DNA of 64,000 nucleotides from Patescibacteria group bacterium. GTDB taxonomy: Bacteria > Patescibacteriota > Patescibacteriia > UBA1558 > GWA2-36-10. Every line of letters starts with the position of its first letter. Within the stretch, counting starts at the first letter, position 1. Positions 9,032 to 19,600 of this stretch are shown here, piece by piece. Location: the NCBI GenBank assembly GCA_028718865.1, contig JAQUKX010000003.1, positions 33,214-97,213 of the forward strand. The letters run 5' to 3'. The notes below the pieces were generated by a model that had not been told where the DNA came from, made no database searches, and was given only the letters and a program-made list of their open reading frames with translations. The position numbers were made by a program, and so were the translations under genes.

Positions 9032-10261
9032 ATGAATGCTTACGACAATGCTATTAGGCAGTTGGAAAAAGCCGCTCAGTTAATTGACTTGGATAAAGAT
9101 GTTTTGGCCAAATTGTCTGTTCCGGAAAAAATAATTATGGCTTCTTTGCCTGTGCGCCTAGATGATGGAACGCTCAAGATTTTTCAAGCTTACCGCGTAC
9201 AATATAACAGTGCTCGCGGACCATACAAAGGAGGAATTAGATTTCATCCTCAAGTTGATCTGGATGAAGTCAAAGCTTTGTCTTTTTGGATGACCATAAA
9301 AACAGCAGTAGTAGATTTGCCCTTGGGCGGAGCCAAAGGCGGAGTAGTAGTAGATCCCAAGTCTTTGTCACAAAGCGAAATAGAAAGATTGTCTCGCGCT
9401 TGGGTCAGAGCTTTTCGACCAGTTATTGGTCCAGAAAAAGATATTCCCGCCCCTGATGTTTATACTAATCCGCAAATCATGTCTTGGATGGCGGATGAAT
9501 TTTCTCAGTTGGAAGGCAAGCCTTCTTTGGGAGTAGTCACTGGCAAGCCCTTGGAATATGGTGGCTCTAAAGGACGCGACACAGCCACGGCCACTGGTGG
9601 TTTTCAGGTTTTGATGGAAGCTATAAAACTCAAAGGACTAGATCTCAAAAAAACCAGAGTGGCTATTCAGGGTTTTGGTAATGCCGGTAGTGTGATGGCC
9701 AGTTTACTTTATCAAGCGGGCGCCAAAATAGTAGCTTTGGCTGACTCTCGTTCTCTTATTTATTCTGACCAAGGATTGAATATTGAAAAAGTTTTGGAAC
9801 ACAAAAAACAAAGCGGATCTTTGGCCGGATTTTCTGGGGCTAAAGAAATCAGTCAAGAGGAATTTTTCCAATTGGCAGTAGAAGTGATAGTGCCAGCGGC
9901 TTTGGAAAATCAAATTGATAAAAATAATGCCAAAGATATCAAGGCAAAAATAATTTTGGAACTAGCCAATGGTCCAACTACACCGGAAGCTGATGAGCTT
10001 TTGACCAAACAAGGTGTTTTGGTGGTGCCCGATGTTTTGGCCAATGCCGGCGGAGTAACAGTTTCTTACTTTGAATGGCTACAGAACATTTCCCATAATT
10101 ATTGGAGTGAGGAAGAAGTAGAGGCAGAACTCAAAGAAAGAATGATCCCTAGCTTTGAAGCTGTTTGGCAAATTGCCCAAGAGTATAAAACTGATTTACG
10201 AACCGCTTCTTTTATTCTAGCTTTAAAAAGATTGGAAAAAGCAATTAAAGTCAGAATTTAA
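9032..10261 (+). CDS. gdhA: Glu/Leu/Phe/Val (glutamate) dehydrogenase
   Basis: GPYKGGIRFHP, GGAKGG, PAPDV and QGFGNAG motifs. Confidence 0.93.
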   Translation: MNAYDNAIRQLEKAAQLIDLDKDVLAKLSVPEKIIMASLPVRLDDGTLKIFQAYRVQYNSARGPYKGGIRFHPQVDLDEVKALSFWMTIKTAVVDLPLGGAKGGVVVDPKSLSQSEIERLSRAWVRAFRPVIGPEKDIPAPDVYTNPQIMSWMADEFSQLEGKPSLGVVTGKPLEYGGSKGRDTATATGGFQVLMEAIKLKGLDLKKTRVAIQGFGNAGSVMASLLYQAGAKIVALADSRSLIYSDQGLNIEKVLEHKKQSGSLAGFSGAKEISQEEFFQLAVEVIVPAALENQIDKNNAKDIKAKIILELANGPTTPEADELLTKQGVLVVPDVLANAGGVTVSYFEWLQNISHNYWSEEEVEAELKERMIPSFEAVWQIAQEYKTDLRTASFILALKRLEKAIKVRI

Positions 10262-10339
10262 AAACAAAATATAAATATAAATAAAGCGCCGAATTTTTTC
10301 GGTGTTTTATTTTTACTCAAAAAGGTATAAGATAAGTCT

Positions 10340-10915
10340 ATGGCTAGAAAATGTATCATGGGCATAGATGAAGTTGGTCGTGGATCTTTAGCCGGACCAA
10401 TAGTAGCGGTTGCTTTGTTTTCTCAAGGCCTTCCCCGGGAAAAAGAGATTTTGGCTCAGCTAAAAGAATCAAAGTCTTTGACAGTTGCCAAAAGAGAATT
10501 TTTCTTTGCGCAAATTGTCGGCACTTTTCTTTGGTCAGTCAGTGTTTTGGATAATCAATTTATTGATCGCTATGGAATTCAAAAAGCTAATTTATTGGTT
10601 TTTCAGGAAGCCAGTGAAAAATTATTAAAAGAAATTGATCGACCAGTTGAGATTTTGGCTGACTACGTTGGTGGCGCTAGTGATTATTTACGTCAGATGT
10701 CTTTTTTTAAAAAAGGGGACAAGCAGTTTGCTGAGATTGCGGCTGCTTCTATTATTGCCAAAGTGTATAGAGATAATTTGATGGAGGAGGCTAGTCGGAT
10801 TTTTCCCTTGTATAATTTTGCCAGTAATAAAGGCTATGGAACTAAAGCACACTATAAAAAAATTTATCAATTTGGTTTATCTCCTTTACATAGAAAAAGT
10901 TTTATAAAAATTTAG
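10340..10915 (+). CDS. rnhB: Ribonuclease HII
   Basis: GIDEVGRG, IAAASIIAKV and NKGYGT motifs. Confidence 0.95.
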   Translation: MARKCIMGIDEVGRGSLAGPIVAVALFSQGLPREKEILAQLKESKSLTVAKREFFFAQIVGTFLWSVSVLDNQFIDRYGIQKANLLVFQEASEKLLKEIDRPVEILADYVGGASDYLRQMSFFKKGDKQFAEIAAASIIAKVYRDNLMEEASRIFPLYNFASNKGYGTKAHYKKIYQFGLSPLHRKSFIKI

Positions 10916-10955
10916 CCCCTGCTTTTGAGCAGAGGCTAGGATCTCGTGAAGGAAC

Positions 10956-11294
10956 TTAGCTGTTGTTGTTTAGGGAGCGAGGCTCCACAGCGCGGCCTTC
11001 ATTTAAGGCTCTTATGATTCCCTGGACCATGCCTTGGGATATGCCACGATCCAGATAGACGACAGTGGCCGTAGCTTTTTGGCCCCAGGCCAGCCCGGCT
11101 TCTATACCTAATCTTCTTTGTTCGGGCACAGTGTCGTCCAACACGCCCTCTTGAGTATAGAGTAGGTGAGAAGCAAAGGGTGCCTCGCCTCTCTTAAGAC
11201 AGTCAAGCAGGCAGGCGCGAGCGTATTGAATGTTGGTCGCCACTTCTTCAGGTGTACCAGCGAAAGGGCTTTCTATGATGACTAAACGTATCAT
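10956..11294 (-). CDS. Hypothetical protein, phage-like nucleoside-deoxyribosyltransferase/DUF4406-like fold
   Basis: IIESPFAG...GEAPFASHLLY...GISQGM; SD AGGAGG upstream of ATG 11294. Confidence 0.6.
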   Translation of the reverse strand: MIRLVIIESPFAGTPEEVATNIQYARACLLDCLKRGEAPFASHLLYTQEGVLDDTVPEQRRLGIEAGLAWGQKATATVVYLDRGISQGMVQGIIRALNEGRAVEPRSLNNNS

Positions 11295-11732
11295 GAGGAA
11301 CTCCTCCTTTGGTTTTGGCCTTGGATATTTGAGACAACTAATATTTATTAACATATAAAAAACATTTAGGCAAGCTATTGGTGGAAAGGCCTAGTTTGTA
11401 TTAATGTTGTTTTTCTATTTTTCATCGCCGCAGTTTTCTCAGAAATTTATTTTAAGAGCCGTCTCATTTTCATTATCCACAGACGGCTTTATTGACAGCG
11501 TTTTTGGTAGTGCTATTATTATCTTGAAGACAAGAGACGCCGTGTAACAACCCGACGGCTCTAACAAAAGCCCCCCACGTTAGTAGGGGGCTTTTGCGAA
11601 GAAAAGCGATTTTGAGAGCTAACTAGGTTAGTCTCATTTGATAGAATAATACAAAGGCGTTGTTCTGTCAAGATTAATTAATTAATTTTTCTCTGAGAAG
11701 AACAGGGAAAAAAAGAAAGGAAAGCGATTTGT

Positions 11733-12143
11733 ATGGATTTAAACAAAGTAAGCCTGATAGGCAATTTGACAGCTGATCCGCTGCCCAAAACATTGCCTTC
11801 AGGTCAGAGTCTGGCATCTTTTAGCATTGCCACCAATTATACTTGGCGCGATGCCCAGAGCAAAGAAAAAAAATCTCGGGCTGATTTTCACAAAGTAGTG
11901 GCTTGGGGACGGCTAGCGGAAATCATTACTGTTTATTTGAAAAAAGGATCAAAAGTTTTTTTGGAAGGCCGTTTGCAAAACAGAAGCTGGGAGGATAAAG
12001 AAGGTAAAAAGCGTTATACTACGGAAATTGTCGCCTCTGATCTGATAATGCTCGGTGGTAGTCACAAAAAAGAAGTCAAAGGGGATGAAAATGCCAAAGA
12101 GGATGTAGACATGGAAGAAATTCAAATAGAAGAAGAGGATTAG
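11733..12143 (+). CDS. ssb: Single-stranded DNA-binding protein
   Basis: LNKVSLIGNL..DP and KGSKVFLEGRLQNRSW motifs; acidic tail. Confidence 0.95.
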   Translation: MDLNKVSLIGNLTADPLPKTLPSGQSLASFSIATNYTWRDAQSKEKKSRADFHKVVAWGRLAEIITVYLKKGSKVFLEGRLQNRSWEDKEGKKRYTTEIVASDLIMLGGSHKKEVKGDENAKEDVDMEEIQIEEED

Positions 12144-12383
12144 AGAGTTAATCAAAAGATAATTATTATCTTAGGCCAAGGCCTGAAGTTTGCCTGTATC
12201 TTCAGGCCTTGCCCAAGTGAATAATCTCAGAAGAAAAGCGATTTTTGAGACTTGGTTCACTGGTTGGTCTTTTTGATTGGGCAAAAAGATTGGCCGTTTG
12301 GTTCTTTAGCATCAAGCAAAGGAGGAGTAAGGCGATTTTTTCTCCCAAAAAACCAGAAACTTTCTTTTTCCAAGGAGAAAGCC

Positions 12384-13112
12384 ATGAAAGGCAAAGCGTT
12401 TCTTTTGGTTCTGCTGATTGCTGTCGGAGCAGCCCTGTGGCTGGCCGGCTGTGATCATCAGGAGGCCGGTCCAGTAGCGCCGGTGGCAGTGGAGCAGTCG
12501 GAAATTCTGCCCGATGAAAGCGAGGCTTTCAGCGAGCTGAACATTTCGGCCGAAGAAGTCAATGCAGCTGGGCAACTGGCTTATCAGGAGCAGGTCAGGG
12601 AAAACGGCGAGAAAAACGCCTGCGTTTCCGTGTATTTGCCCTATGTCAGTCAGCTGGACAGTCGCTGGAAAAACCAGTCTTTGGGCTACAACTACAATGG
12701 CACTTCTACGATAGGCAACCAGGGTTGCTATCTGACCTGTCTGGTGATGCTCTACCAGAAGTGGGGTTATTCTTCTATGACCCCGCCGGTGCTCAACAAC
12801 TGGTCCTACCAAGGGCAGGCGCATTACGCCTTTTCCACTTCCGGAAACGGCGATCTTATCTACTACCCTCAGGCCTTGCAGTACGGCTATATGAGCCGGC
12901 CCACTCGTTTTATCAGTAGTTACAATCTGATTTATAACGAGTTGGCAGCTGGTAGGCCGGTGGTCGCTCAGATTCGGACTGCAACTATGCCTAGCCACTT
13001 TGTGGTTATCTACGCCTTCAACGGCACCAGCTATTTAGTGCGCGATCCTTTGGGTCAGAGTAGTCGGCCTTTGTACGGCACTATTGTCTCCTTGCGAGTC
13101 CATGGTGTCTAA
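12384..13112 (+). CDS. Lipoprotein with C39-like cysteine peptidase domain
   Basis: SD AAGGAG, lipobox LAGC, SQLDSRW...IGNQGCYLT, HFVVI, DP; true start is likely ATG 12384. Confidence 0.75.
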   Translation: MKGKAFLLVLLIAVGAALWLAGCDHQEAGPVAPVAVEQSEILPDESEAFSELNISAEEVNAAGQLAYQEQVRENGEKNACVSVYLPYVSQLDSRWKNQSLGYNYNGTSTIGNQGCYLTCLVMLYQKWGYSSMTPPVLNNWSYQGQAHYAFSTSGNGDLIYYPQALQYGYMSRPTRFISSYNLIYNELAAGRPVVAQIRTATMPSHFVVIYAFNGTSYLVRDPLGQSSRPLYGTIVSLRVHGV

Positions 13113-13195
13113 GGCCAAAGGGCGGGTTATGGTTATAACCCGCCCGAACATTCTTGTTTTATTTGTGATATAATTTGGTAGTCAGAACTTAGAAT

Positions 13196-14266
13196 ATGTT
13201 AAATAAAAAAATAGTAATTATCATTTTGTTTTTAGTGCTTATAGTATTAGCTTATTTTTTATTTAGCAAAATTGAAAACCAAAAAATAGACTCCGGACCT
13301 TATTTTTTGGTTTTGTGGGATGTTAGAGAAGAGTCTTATTTTGATAATATCCATCCTTCTTATCGTTTAGACAAATGCAGTTTGGATAATTGTGAAAAAA
13401 TAGATATTTTTCAGACGGATCATTTTTTGGAGAAAATACTTAGAGAAGGAACTAATTTGTTTTTTATTCGCGGTGATAAAGTCATTAAAAGAAACTTTGT
13501 TGATAAAATGGAGATAGTTGTTTACCAGATGTCTTCCGGTCATAGGATTGTTGGCCCTCTACATAAAAATGGTCAGTATTTGGCTTGGGAGTCAGTAGAT
13601 AATTTGATTGACCCAGCAAGTAGATTTATAAATATTTTTGATCTAGAGAATAACTCTCATCATTTGTTGGATTTGGATTATATAAGCGTTGATGAGCAGG
13701 TTATTTTATATTTGGATAACCAGGGTCAGGTAGATACTTTAATTTTGGAAATTAAAAATGATATTCAGGAGTCAGAACTGCATTTTAGTTATTATGATTA
13801 TTCTCAAAGGGGAAAATACCCCTTAGTAGCCAACACTCATCATCTATTTGGGGTGATAAAAAAAGAGGATAAAATATTATTTCCGGAAAAAGAAGGGATT
13901 TTTTCTCTGGATATAAAAAGCGAGCAAAAAGAACCTGTTTATCTGGTTCCGGAGAATAACTGTTATTTTTCTTCTATGTCTGACAACGGTCAGTGGCTAG
14001 CGGAAAAAAATTATTTGTCTGGCGAGGAAGCGGCTAATCTTTATTTGGTGAATTTGAAAAGCGGAGATAAATATTGGCTGGAAAAACAAAATGCTAATTG
14101 CTCTTATTATCATGGGTATTGGCCGGATAATCAATACTATTTGGAAAAAAGAATTGGTTATTATTTTTTACTGGATTTAAATAATTGGCGGATTTATAAG
14201 CCTAATTGGCCCCAGTCAGATTATTTGTTGCTTGACTTGGAGCCTTACCCAAAAAATTATGAATAA
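13196..14266 (+). CDS. Membrane-anchored hypothetical protein (possible beta-propeller)
   Basis: N-terminal TM helix; SDNGQWLA-type blade motif. Confidence 0.55.
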   Translation: MLNKKIVIIILFLVLIVLAYFLFSKIENQKIDSGPYFLVLWDVREESYFDNIHPSYRLDKCSLDNCEKIDIFQTDHFLEKILREGTNLFFIRGDKVIKRNFVDKMEIVVYQMSSGHRIVGPLHKNGQYLAWESVDNLIDPASRFINIFDLENNSHHLLDLDYISVDEQVILYLDNQGQVDTLILEIKNDIQESELHFSYYDYSQRGKYPLVANTHHLFGVIKKEDKILFPEKEGIFSLDIKSEQKEPVYLVPENNCYFSSMSDNGQWLAEKNYLSGEEAANLYLVNLKSGDKYWLEKQNANCSYYHGYWPDNQYYLEKRIGYYFLLDLNNWRIYKPNWPQSDYLLLDLEPYPKNYE

Positions 14267-14759
14267 CAAAATAAAAACAAGTTTAGTAATTTTTAGCTCG
14301 ATTTTTTTGATTGCTTTTTCCGTTTTTTTCATATTTAAGGAAAAAGACCAGGAAGCTTTGGTCAAAGTAGAAAATTTTGATTTATATCAAGAGATGCTTG
14401 ATCCAGAGGAAAAAAACTTGAATGCTGATTGCGCTAATGAGGAATTCAATCAATTGAGGAAATTGACCGAGCTTGGTCAAATGAAAAAGCTGGTATTGGT
14501 CGGAGGCTTGGAAATAAGAATTACTCCCAATTATTATAATTGGAATAATGAAAAATTTTTAAGCTTTAACGATCCTGAATCAGGCGCTTTTTGCGGAGAG
14601 GGCGGATTTTTTCCTTTATACGCTGATAGAGAAAATCTCTGGTGGATACAAAGCTGTAGCAGTGGTTATAGGCCAAATGAAGATGATATAAATTATCAGG
14701 ACTTTATTAATTGTCAGGAGTCTGAGAAAATTGTCCTAGATTATTTTGCCAAAAAATAA
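14259..14759 (+). CDS. Membrane-anchored hypothetical protein
   Basis: N-terminal TM helix after ATG 14259, overlapping the upstream stop. Confidence 0.6.
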   Translation: MNNKIKTSLVIFSSIFLIAFSVFFIFKEKDQEALVKVENFDLYQEMLDPEEKNLNADCANEEFNQLRKLTELGQMKKLVLVGGLEIRITPNYYNWNNEKFLSFNDPESGAFCGEGGFFPLYADRENLWWIQSCSSGYRPNEDDINYQDFINCQESEKIVLDYFAKK

Positions 14760-14784
14760 TTTAAATAATTTTTAAAAACTTAAT

Positions 14785-17322
14785 ATGGGAAGAAAAGCGA
14801 TCGTCTATTTTGGCTTGTTTGGATTTTTTCTACTGGCCAATATAATTTTTTTAAACAAAGTCAGCGCTCTAGAGAGTGACTTACTTTTTTCTGAAATAAT
14901 GTATGATGTCCCTGGCAGTGACAGCGGTCAGGAATGGGTAGAGGTCTATAATGCTGGCCAGGAAGAAATAATTGTCACCAGTAGCTGGCGTTTTTTTGAC
15001 AGCGCCAAACACATTCTCAATTTGGTTCAAGGAACTAGCACCATTGCCTCAGGCGAATTTTTTATTTTAGCGGACAATACTACTAATTTTTTAGTAGCTT
15101 ATCCTGACTATTCAGGCACGCTGTTTGATACAGTAATTAGTCTGCCCAATACCAGTTCTACTATTTATTTGAGCTTTGACAGCGGCGCAACTTATCCAAT
15201 TGAGGCTAGTTACAATTCTGCTTGGGGAGGGTCTGGCAATGGTTATTCTCTGGAAAAAGTGATTTTGAGCCAAGATAGCAGTCAAAGCAACTGGCAGGAG
15301 AGCAGTATTTTAGGCGGTACGCCGGGCTGGCCTAATAGTGAGCCAAGTAATGACCCGCCCGATGAGGAAGATCCACCAGAAGACGATAATCCGTCCGATG
15401 ATTTGCCTGATCAGAATATTCAAGCCAGCTGGGCTCAGATTATAATTTCTGAATTTTTACCCAATCCGGTGGGCAGTGATGACTATGAATGGATAGAGCT
15501 CTACAATCGCGGCCCTTTAGCTGTGGATTTGATCGGTTTTGGGCTGAGTGATGACACAACTCGGGTTTTTATATTAGCTCCTAGCAATGTAGAAAATATA
15601 ATTTTAGAGCCCTATCAATTTATTGTTTTCTATCGGCAAACTACTAAAATAGCTTTGAATAATTCCGGCGGCGATTCAGTCCAGCTTTATGATCCTTTGG
15701 GCAATATTTTGGAAATAGTTGAGTATAGAGAAAGCGCGCCTGAAGGCAAAAGCTATGGGCGGGAAAATAATCAGTTTTTTTGGACCAAAATACTTACTCC
15801 TGGACAAGCCAATCAAATCAGTCGCAACCAAAATCCAATAGCGCAAATCGCAGTGAGCGGAGAAAAGTTTGTTGTGGGAGAAAAAATAGAATTTTCCGCC
15901 ACTGGCTCTTCTGATCCCGAAGGCGATGAGCTTGATTATCAGTGGGATTTTGGCGATAGCGGCAAAAGCACCAAGGAAATCATCAAATACGCCTATAAGC
16001 AGGCCGGTGCTTATACTGTTATTTTGACAGTCAAAGACAGCGAGGGCGGCACAGGTGAGACCCGCTACAGCTTAAACATCAAAGTTGAAGAAAAAGCAGA
16101 TAGCGCCAAAGATGAAGGCAAAAAAGCCAGTGAGAGCAAAATTATTTTTGAGCCGGATTTTAACGTAGATGATTTTTTTATTTCCGAATTTTTGCCCAAT
16201 CCAATCGGTAGCGATGATTATGAATGGATAGAGCTCTATAACGCTTCCAATAAAGAGATTGATCTTTTTCTCTGGCAGGTAGATGATATAGAAGGCGGTA
16301 GCAAGCCTTATGTTTTTTCCACTAGCACTATTTTGGCTGGCAATTCTTTTTTAATTTTAGAGCGTCAAATTAGTAAAATCGCTCTCAATAATGATAGTGA
16401 TTCAGTTCGTCTTTTGACGCCAGTTGGCGATCTTTGGCAGGAAGTAAAATATGAAAAAATTCCCGAAGGCAAATCCTATGCTTGGGATCTGGAAAATAAA
16501 GAATGGCGAGTGCTTGATGAGCCTAGTCCGGGCCAGGCTAATTATTTTTTGGTACTGATTGACCAAGCATCGGCTGTTTTGGCCGGCTTTGAGCTGGCGG
16601 CTATGGCCAAAAACTCTTCGGTGCAAATAGAAGGCGTGGTTTTACGCGATTATATTAAAGGAGAAAGCAGTCTTTATCTGGCGGATTATTCCCAAGGCCA
16701 GCCGGACTTTGAAGAGCTGATAGAAGTATATTGCTATTACAAGGATTTTCCTGCGTTGCAAGCTGGCCAAGTGGTCTTGGTCAGCGGCCAGCTCACCAGA
16801 AATGAGGCTATTGTCAGAGTAAAAATAAAAAACCAAAGCGATATTACTCTAAGTGGCAAAAAAATTAATTTGGCGCCATCGGATTTGCTGCTGGTTGAGG
16901 ATTTAGACAGCGGCCAGCTCAACTCTTTTGTTAGTGTCAAAGGCTTGGTAGTGAAAAAATCCGGTAAAAATATTTATTTGGCTAGCCAGGCCGGCGGCGA
17001 TTATCTGGTTAGGGTTTATGCCAAATACGGCTGGGGTGATTGGGAAATAAAAAAAGGCCTGACCATTGTTGCCTCGGGCATTTTAACCGAGCTAGACAAT
17101 GCTTTTAAGCTCAGTCCTTTATCTGATAAAGACATTGCTTTGGCAGAAGAAGTTTTGGGCGAAAAAATAGAGGAGGATATTGCGGTTTTAGAAAACAGCC
17201 GGGTTTTTGAATCTAGTCAGCCAGCTGGAGCAAAGAAAAAAGTTTGGATTTTTGTTTTAGGCGGGGCAGGTTTATTGGCTGGAGTTTATTTTTTTAAAAA
17301 AAGAAAAACAGAAGTTGAGTAA
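14785..17322 (+). CDS. Surface protein with three lamin-tail domains, a PKD domain and a C-terminal TM anchor
   Basis: SE(I/F)..D/NP.GSD..EW(V/I)E(V/L)YN x3; YQWDFGD PKD motif; C-terminal TM plus basic tail. Confidence 0.85.
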   Translation: MGRKAIVYFGLFGFFLLANIIFLNKVSALESDLLFSEIMYDVPGSDSGQEWVEVYNAGQEEIIVTSSWRFFDSAKHILNLVQGTSTIASGEFFILADNTTNFLVAYPDYSGTLFDTVISLPNTSSTIYLSFDSGATYPIEASYNSAWGGSGNGYSLEKVILSQDSSQSNWQESSILGGTPGWPNSEPSNDPPDEEDPPEDDNPSDDLPDQNIQASWAQIIISEFLPNPVGSDDYEWIELYNRGPLAVDLIGFGLSDDTTRVFILAPSNVENIILEPYQFIVFYRQTTKIALNNSGGDSVQLYDPLGNILEIVEYRESAPEGKSYGRENNQFFWTKILTPGQANQISRNQNPIAQIAVSGEKFVVGEKIEFSATGSSDPEGDELDYQWDFGDSGKSTKEIIKYAYKQAGAYTVILTVKDSEGGTGETRYSLNIKVEEKADSAKDEGKKASESKIIFEPDFNVDDFFISEFLPNPIGSDDYEWIELYNASNKEIDLFLWQVDDIEGGSKPYVFSTSTILAGNSFLILERQISKIALNNDSDSVRLLTPVGDLWQEVKYEKIPEGKSYAWDLENKEWRVLDEPSPGQANYFLVLIDQASAVLAGFELAAMAKNSSVQIEGVVLRDYIKGESSLYLADYSQGQPDFEELIEVYCYYKDFPALQAGQVVLVSGQLTRNEAIVRVKIKNQSDITLSGKKINLAPSDLLLVEDLDSGQLNSFVSVKGLVVKKSGKNIYLASQAGGDYLVRVYAKYGWGDWEIKKGLTIVASGILTELDNAFKLSPLSDKDIALAEEVLGEKIEEDIAVLENSRVFESSQPAGAKKKVWIFVLGGAGLLAGVYFFKKRKTEVE

Positions 17323-17508
17323 GGAGCAAAACAAAATTTAAATATTTTTATTTATACTAAGCTATTTCCAATAAAATTACGGTGCCTATTCCTAGAATTA
17401 TACCAGCTATTTGTACAGGCGATAGAGTTTCTTTGAAATAAAACCAGCTGACAATAGATCGTGACCAGTCTTCTTGGTGCCTCTCAAGGTTAATTTGTAG
17501 AGGCTTTT

Positions 17509-18564
17509 TTATTCGCTAGCTAGGCTTACCTGCAGAGAGTTGCTTATCACAGTCGGTATTTGATGGATTTCGATTATATTTTTATCTTCAAAGATAACTT
17601 CAAAAATAATTCCCTCCATAGTTTCTTTGGAAAATGTCTGGTCAAAGATGAAGTTCCCCAGACTATAGACAATAAAAGCATCTTGATATTTTTCTATATC
17701 TTGAACCACATGGGGATGGTGGCCGATTATTAGATCGGCGCCACTATCTACTGTCAGACGAGCCAGCTCTCTTTGATAGTTATTAGCCTGTTTTTGGTAT
17801 TCTTCACCAAAATGATAGGAAACAATTAAAATGTCAACTATATTTTTAGCCTTGCTTACATCCTCTATTATTTTTTCTCGGTTAAAATCAGTCAATCCCA
17901 CCTGCTCAAGTGTTGCCCGGCTAAAATTATTGACAAAAGGCGTGTAAGCCAACCAACCAAACTTGATATTATTTTTTTCTATGATTTTTACTTCCTGGGC
18001 TTGAGCGCTGTTATGGTCTGCTCCTACAGATTGAATATTATTTTCTTCCAAAATATTTAGAGTATCTTCTAGCGCTATTTTTCCCCAGTCCAGAGCATGG
18101 TTATTAGCCAAAGACAAGACATCAAAGCCAGCTAATTTTAAACCTTCTATAACTCGTGGATTAGCCCGAAAACTGTAGGGGCTGCCTCTGTCTGCTCCTC
18201 GGGCAGAAATAGGCCCCTCTAGATTGCCAAATAAAATATCGGCCTGTTGACTGAAATCAGCTATTTTCAAAAAAGGCCAGCTCCAATCATTTTGTTTTTC
18301 CATTTGGCTGCCAACAGCACGCGACAGCATAATATCACCGACAAACATCAGTCGAGTTATTTGGCCGCCTTCAGGCAGGCCAGCGCCAGGGAAATAGACA
18401 GGGGTTTCTTTTTGTTTCTTTGTATTTTTTACTATCGAAGTTTCGCCGGCCTTGGCTACTTGGTCAGTCTGGTAGCTATTTATATAACCAAAAGCAGCTA
18501 TACCTAGGCTAGTCATAGCTAAACCCATTAAAATAAACGGTAGTATTAGTCGGCGCTTTTTCAT
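17509..18564 (-). CDS. CapA/PGA_cap-family metallophosphoesterase
   Basis: VGDIML, NLEG, LANNHALD, GHHPHV and YSLGNF motifs. Confidence 0.9.
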   Translation of the reverse strand: MKKRRLILPFILMGLAMTSLGIAAFGYINSYQTDQVAKAGETSIVKNTKKQKETPVYFPGAGLPEGGQITRLMFVGDIMLSRAVGSQMEKQNDWSWPFLKIADFSQQADILFGNLEGPISARGADRGSPYSFRANPRVIEGLKLAGFDVLSLANNHALDWGKIALEDTLNILEENNIQSVGADHNSAQAQEVKIIEKNNIKFGWLAYTPFVNNFSRATLEQVGLTDFNREKIIEDVSKAKNIVDILIVSYHFGEEYQKQANNYQRELARLTVDSGADLIIGHHPHVVQDIEKYQDAFIVYSLGNFIFDQTFSKETMEGIIFEVIFEDKNIIEIHQIPTVISNSLQVSLASE

Positions 18565-18618
18565 TTATTTTTCTTCACGGAATTTTTCTATAGAGAGCAA
18601 ATTTATAAGGGTTTATTT

Positions 18619-19125
18619 TTACGGCACATATATTGGCGCTGTTGTCACTTTGAAGGTATTATCAATTTTTTTTACTTCAAAGTTAAATTTATTTTGAGAA
18701 GGCATTTCTTCTTCAGTTGCTCCACAACATGGTCCCAGCACAAAAGTGCTACCATCAGCTTTTTGAAATTGGACAAGCAGATTGTAGGTGCCATTATTTT
18801 CTTTTTTTATGTCAATTACTTTTGCCCTAAGGCAGGTGCCAGTTGCCTCACAATACCTTTTGAGTATTTTGGCCTTGTCATTTCTATCTTCTGGCAAGCT
18901 GAAGATTTCAAGGTTTTCCCAGGAGCTTGTTGAGCCGTCTAATTCAAACAATGTTAGCGCTTTATCAAAGTCTTGATCGTTAAGATATGTAAAAAAAGAA
19001 ATCAAGGTTTGTTCTGCTTTTACTGCTTCATTTATAATTTTAGGTTTATTTTCAAAACTTATTTTGTATATTCCAAAACTAGCCAATAGTATTATTGCTA
19101 GGAGGAAAATTTTTTTGGTCGTCAT
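18619..19125 (-). CDS. Secreted or membrane hypothetical protein (possibly the most distal cargo of the array)
   Basis: N-terminal hydrophobic segment; adjacent to the last att half-site (~19165-19181). Confidence 0.65.
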   Translation of the reverse strand: MTTKKIFLLAIILLASFGIYKISFENKPKIINEAVKAEQTLISFFTYLNDQDFDKALTLFELDGSTSSWENLEIFSLPEDRNDKAKILKRYCEATGTCLRAKVIDIKKENNGTYNLLVQFQKADGSTFVLGPCCGATEEEMPSQNKFNFEVKKIDNTFKVTTAPIYVP

Positions 19126-19201
19126 AGTTTTATGATGAGTTATCTTTATTTATTTTGTGAACCTCGCATCCGCTGTTAGCGAACGCATTTTTTCTATTTT
19201 T

Positions 19202-19600
19202 TTAGATATTTGAAATTTCTTTTCCCGTTCCCGTTTTAGACTTTTTTTTCAAAAAATATTTTTGAATCAAGTAACCCAAAAACGCAAAAAATAATCCAGA
19301 GACAAGAAAGGTAATGATAACAACTCCGGCCACATCCTCATTTGGATTCAGATAGCGCAAAGTTGCTATTACGCCACCAGCAACTATCTCGCCGAAAATA
19401 AATCCGCTAATTAATCCTGTTTTGGCCTGCTTTTCTGTAAGTTCATACGCAAAGCCTGCGCCAAACAAGACGATGCCGAAAAAAGCAAAAGCAGTCCAAG
19501 GCCAATCCCACCCATCAACAAGCATATTTCCAAAGAATGGAATCAGTAAAATGGCTATAGTTAAGAGCAATGGCCTAATAATAATTTTTGTATTTTGCAT
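19202..19600 (-). CDS. Cassette-borne 4-TM membrane protein
   Basis: ATG lies inside the core site GTTATGC, as in integron cassettes. Confidence 0.75.
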   Translation of the reverse strand: MQNTKIIIRPLLLTIAILLIPFFGNMLVDGWDWPWTAFAFFGIVLFGAGFAYELTEKQAKTGLISGFIFGEIVAGGVIATLRYLNPNEDVAGVVIITFLVSGLFFAFLGYLIQKYFLKKKSKTGTGKEISNI

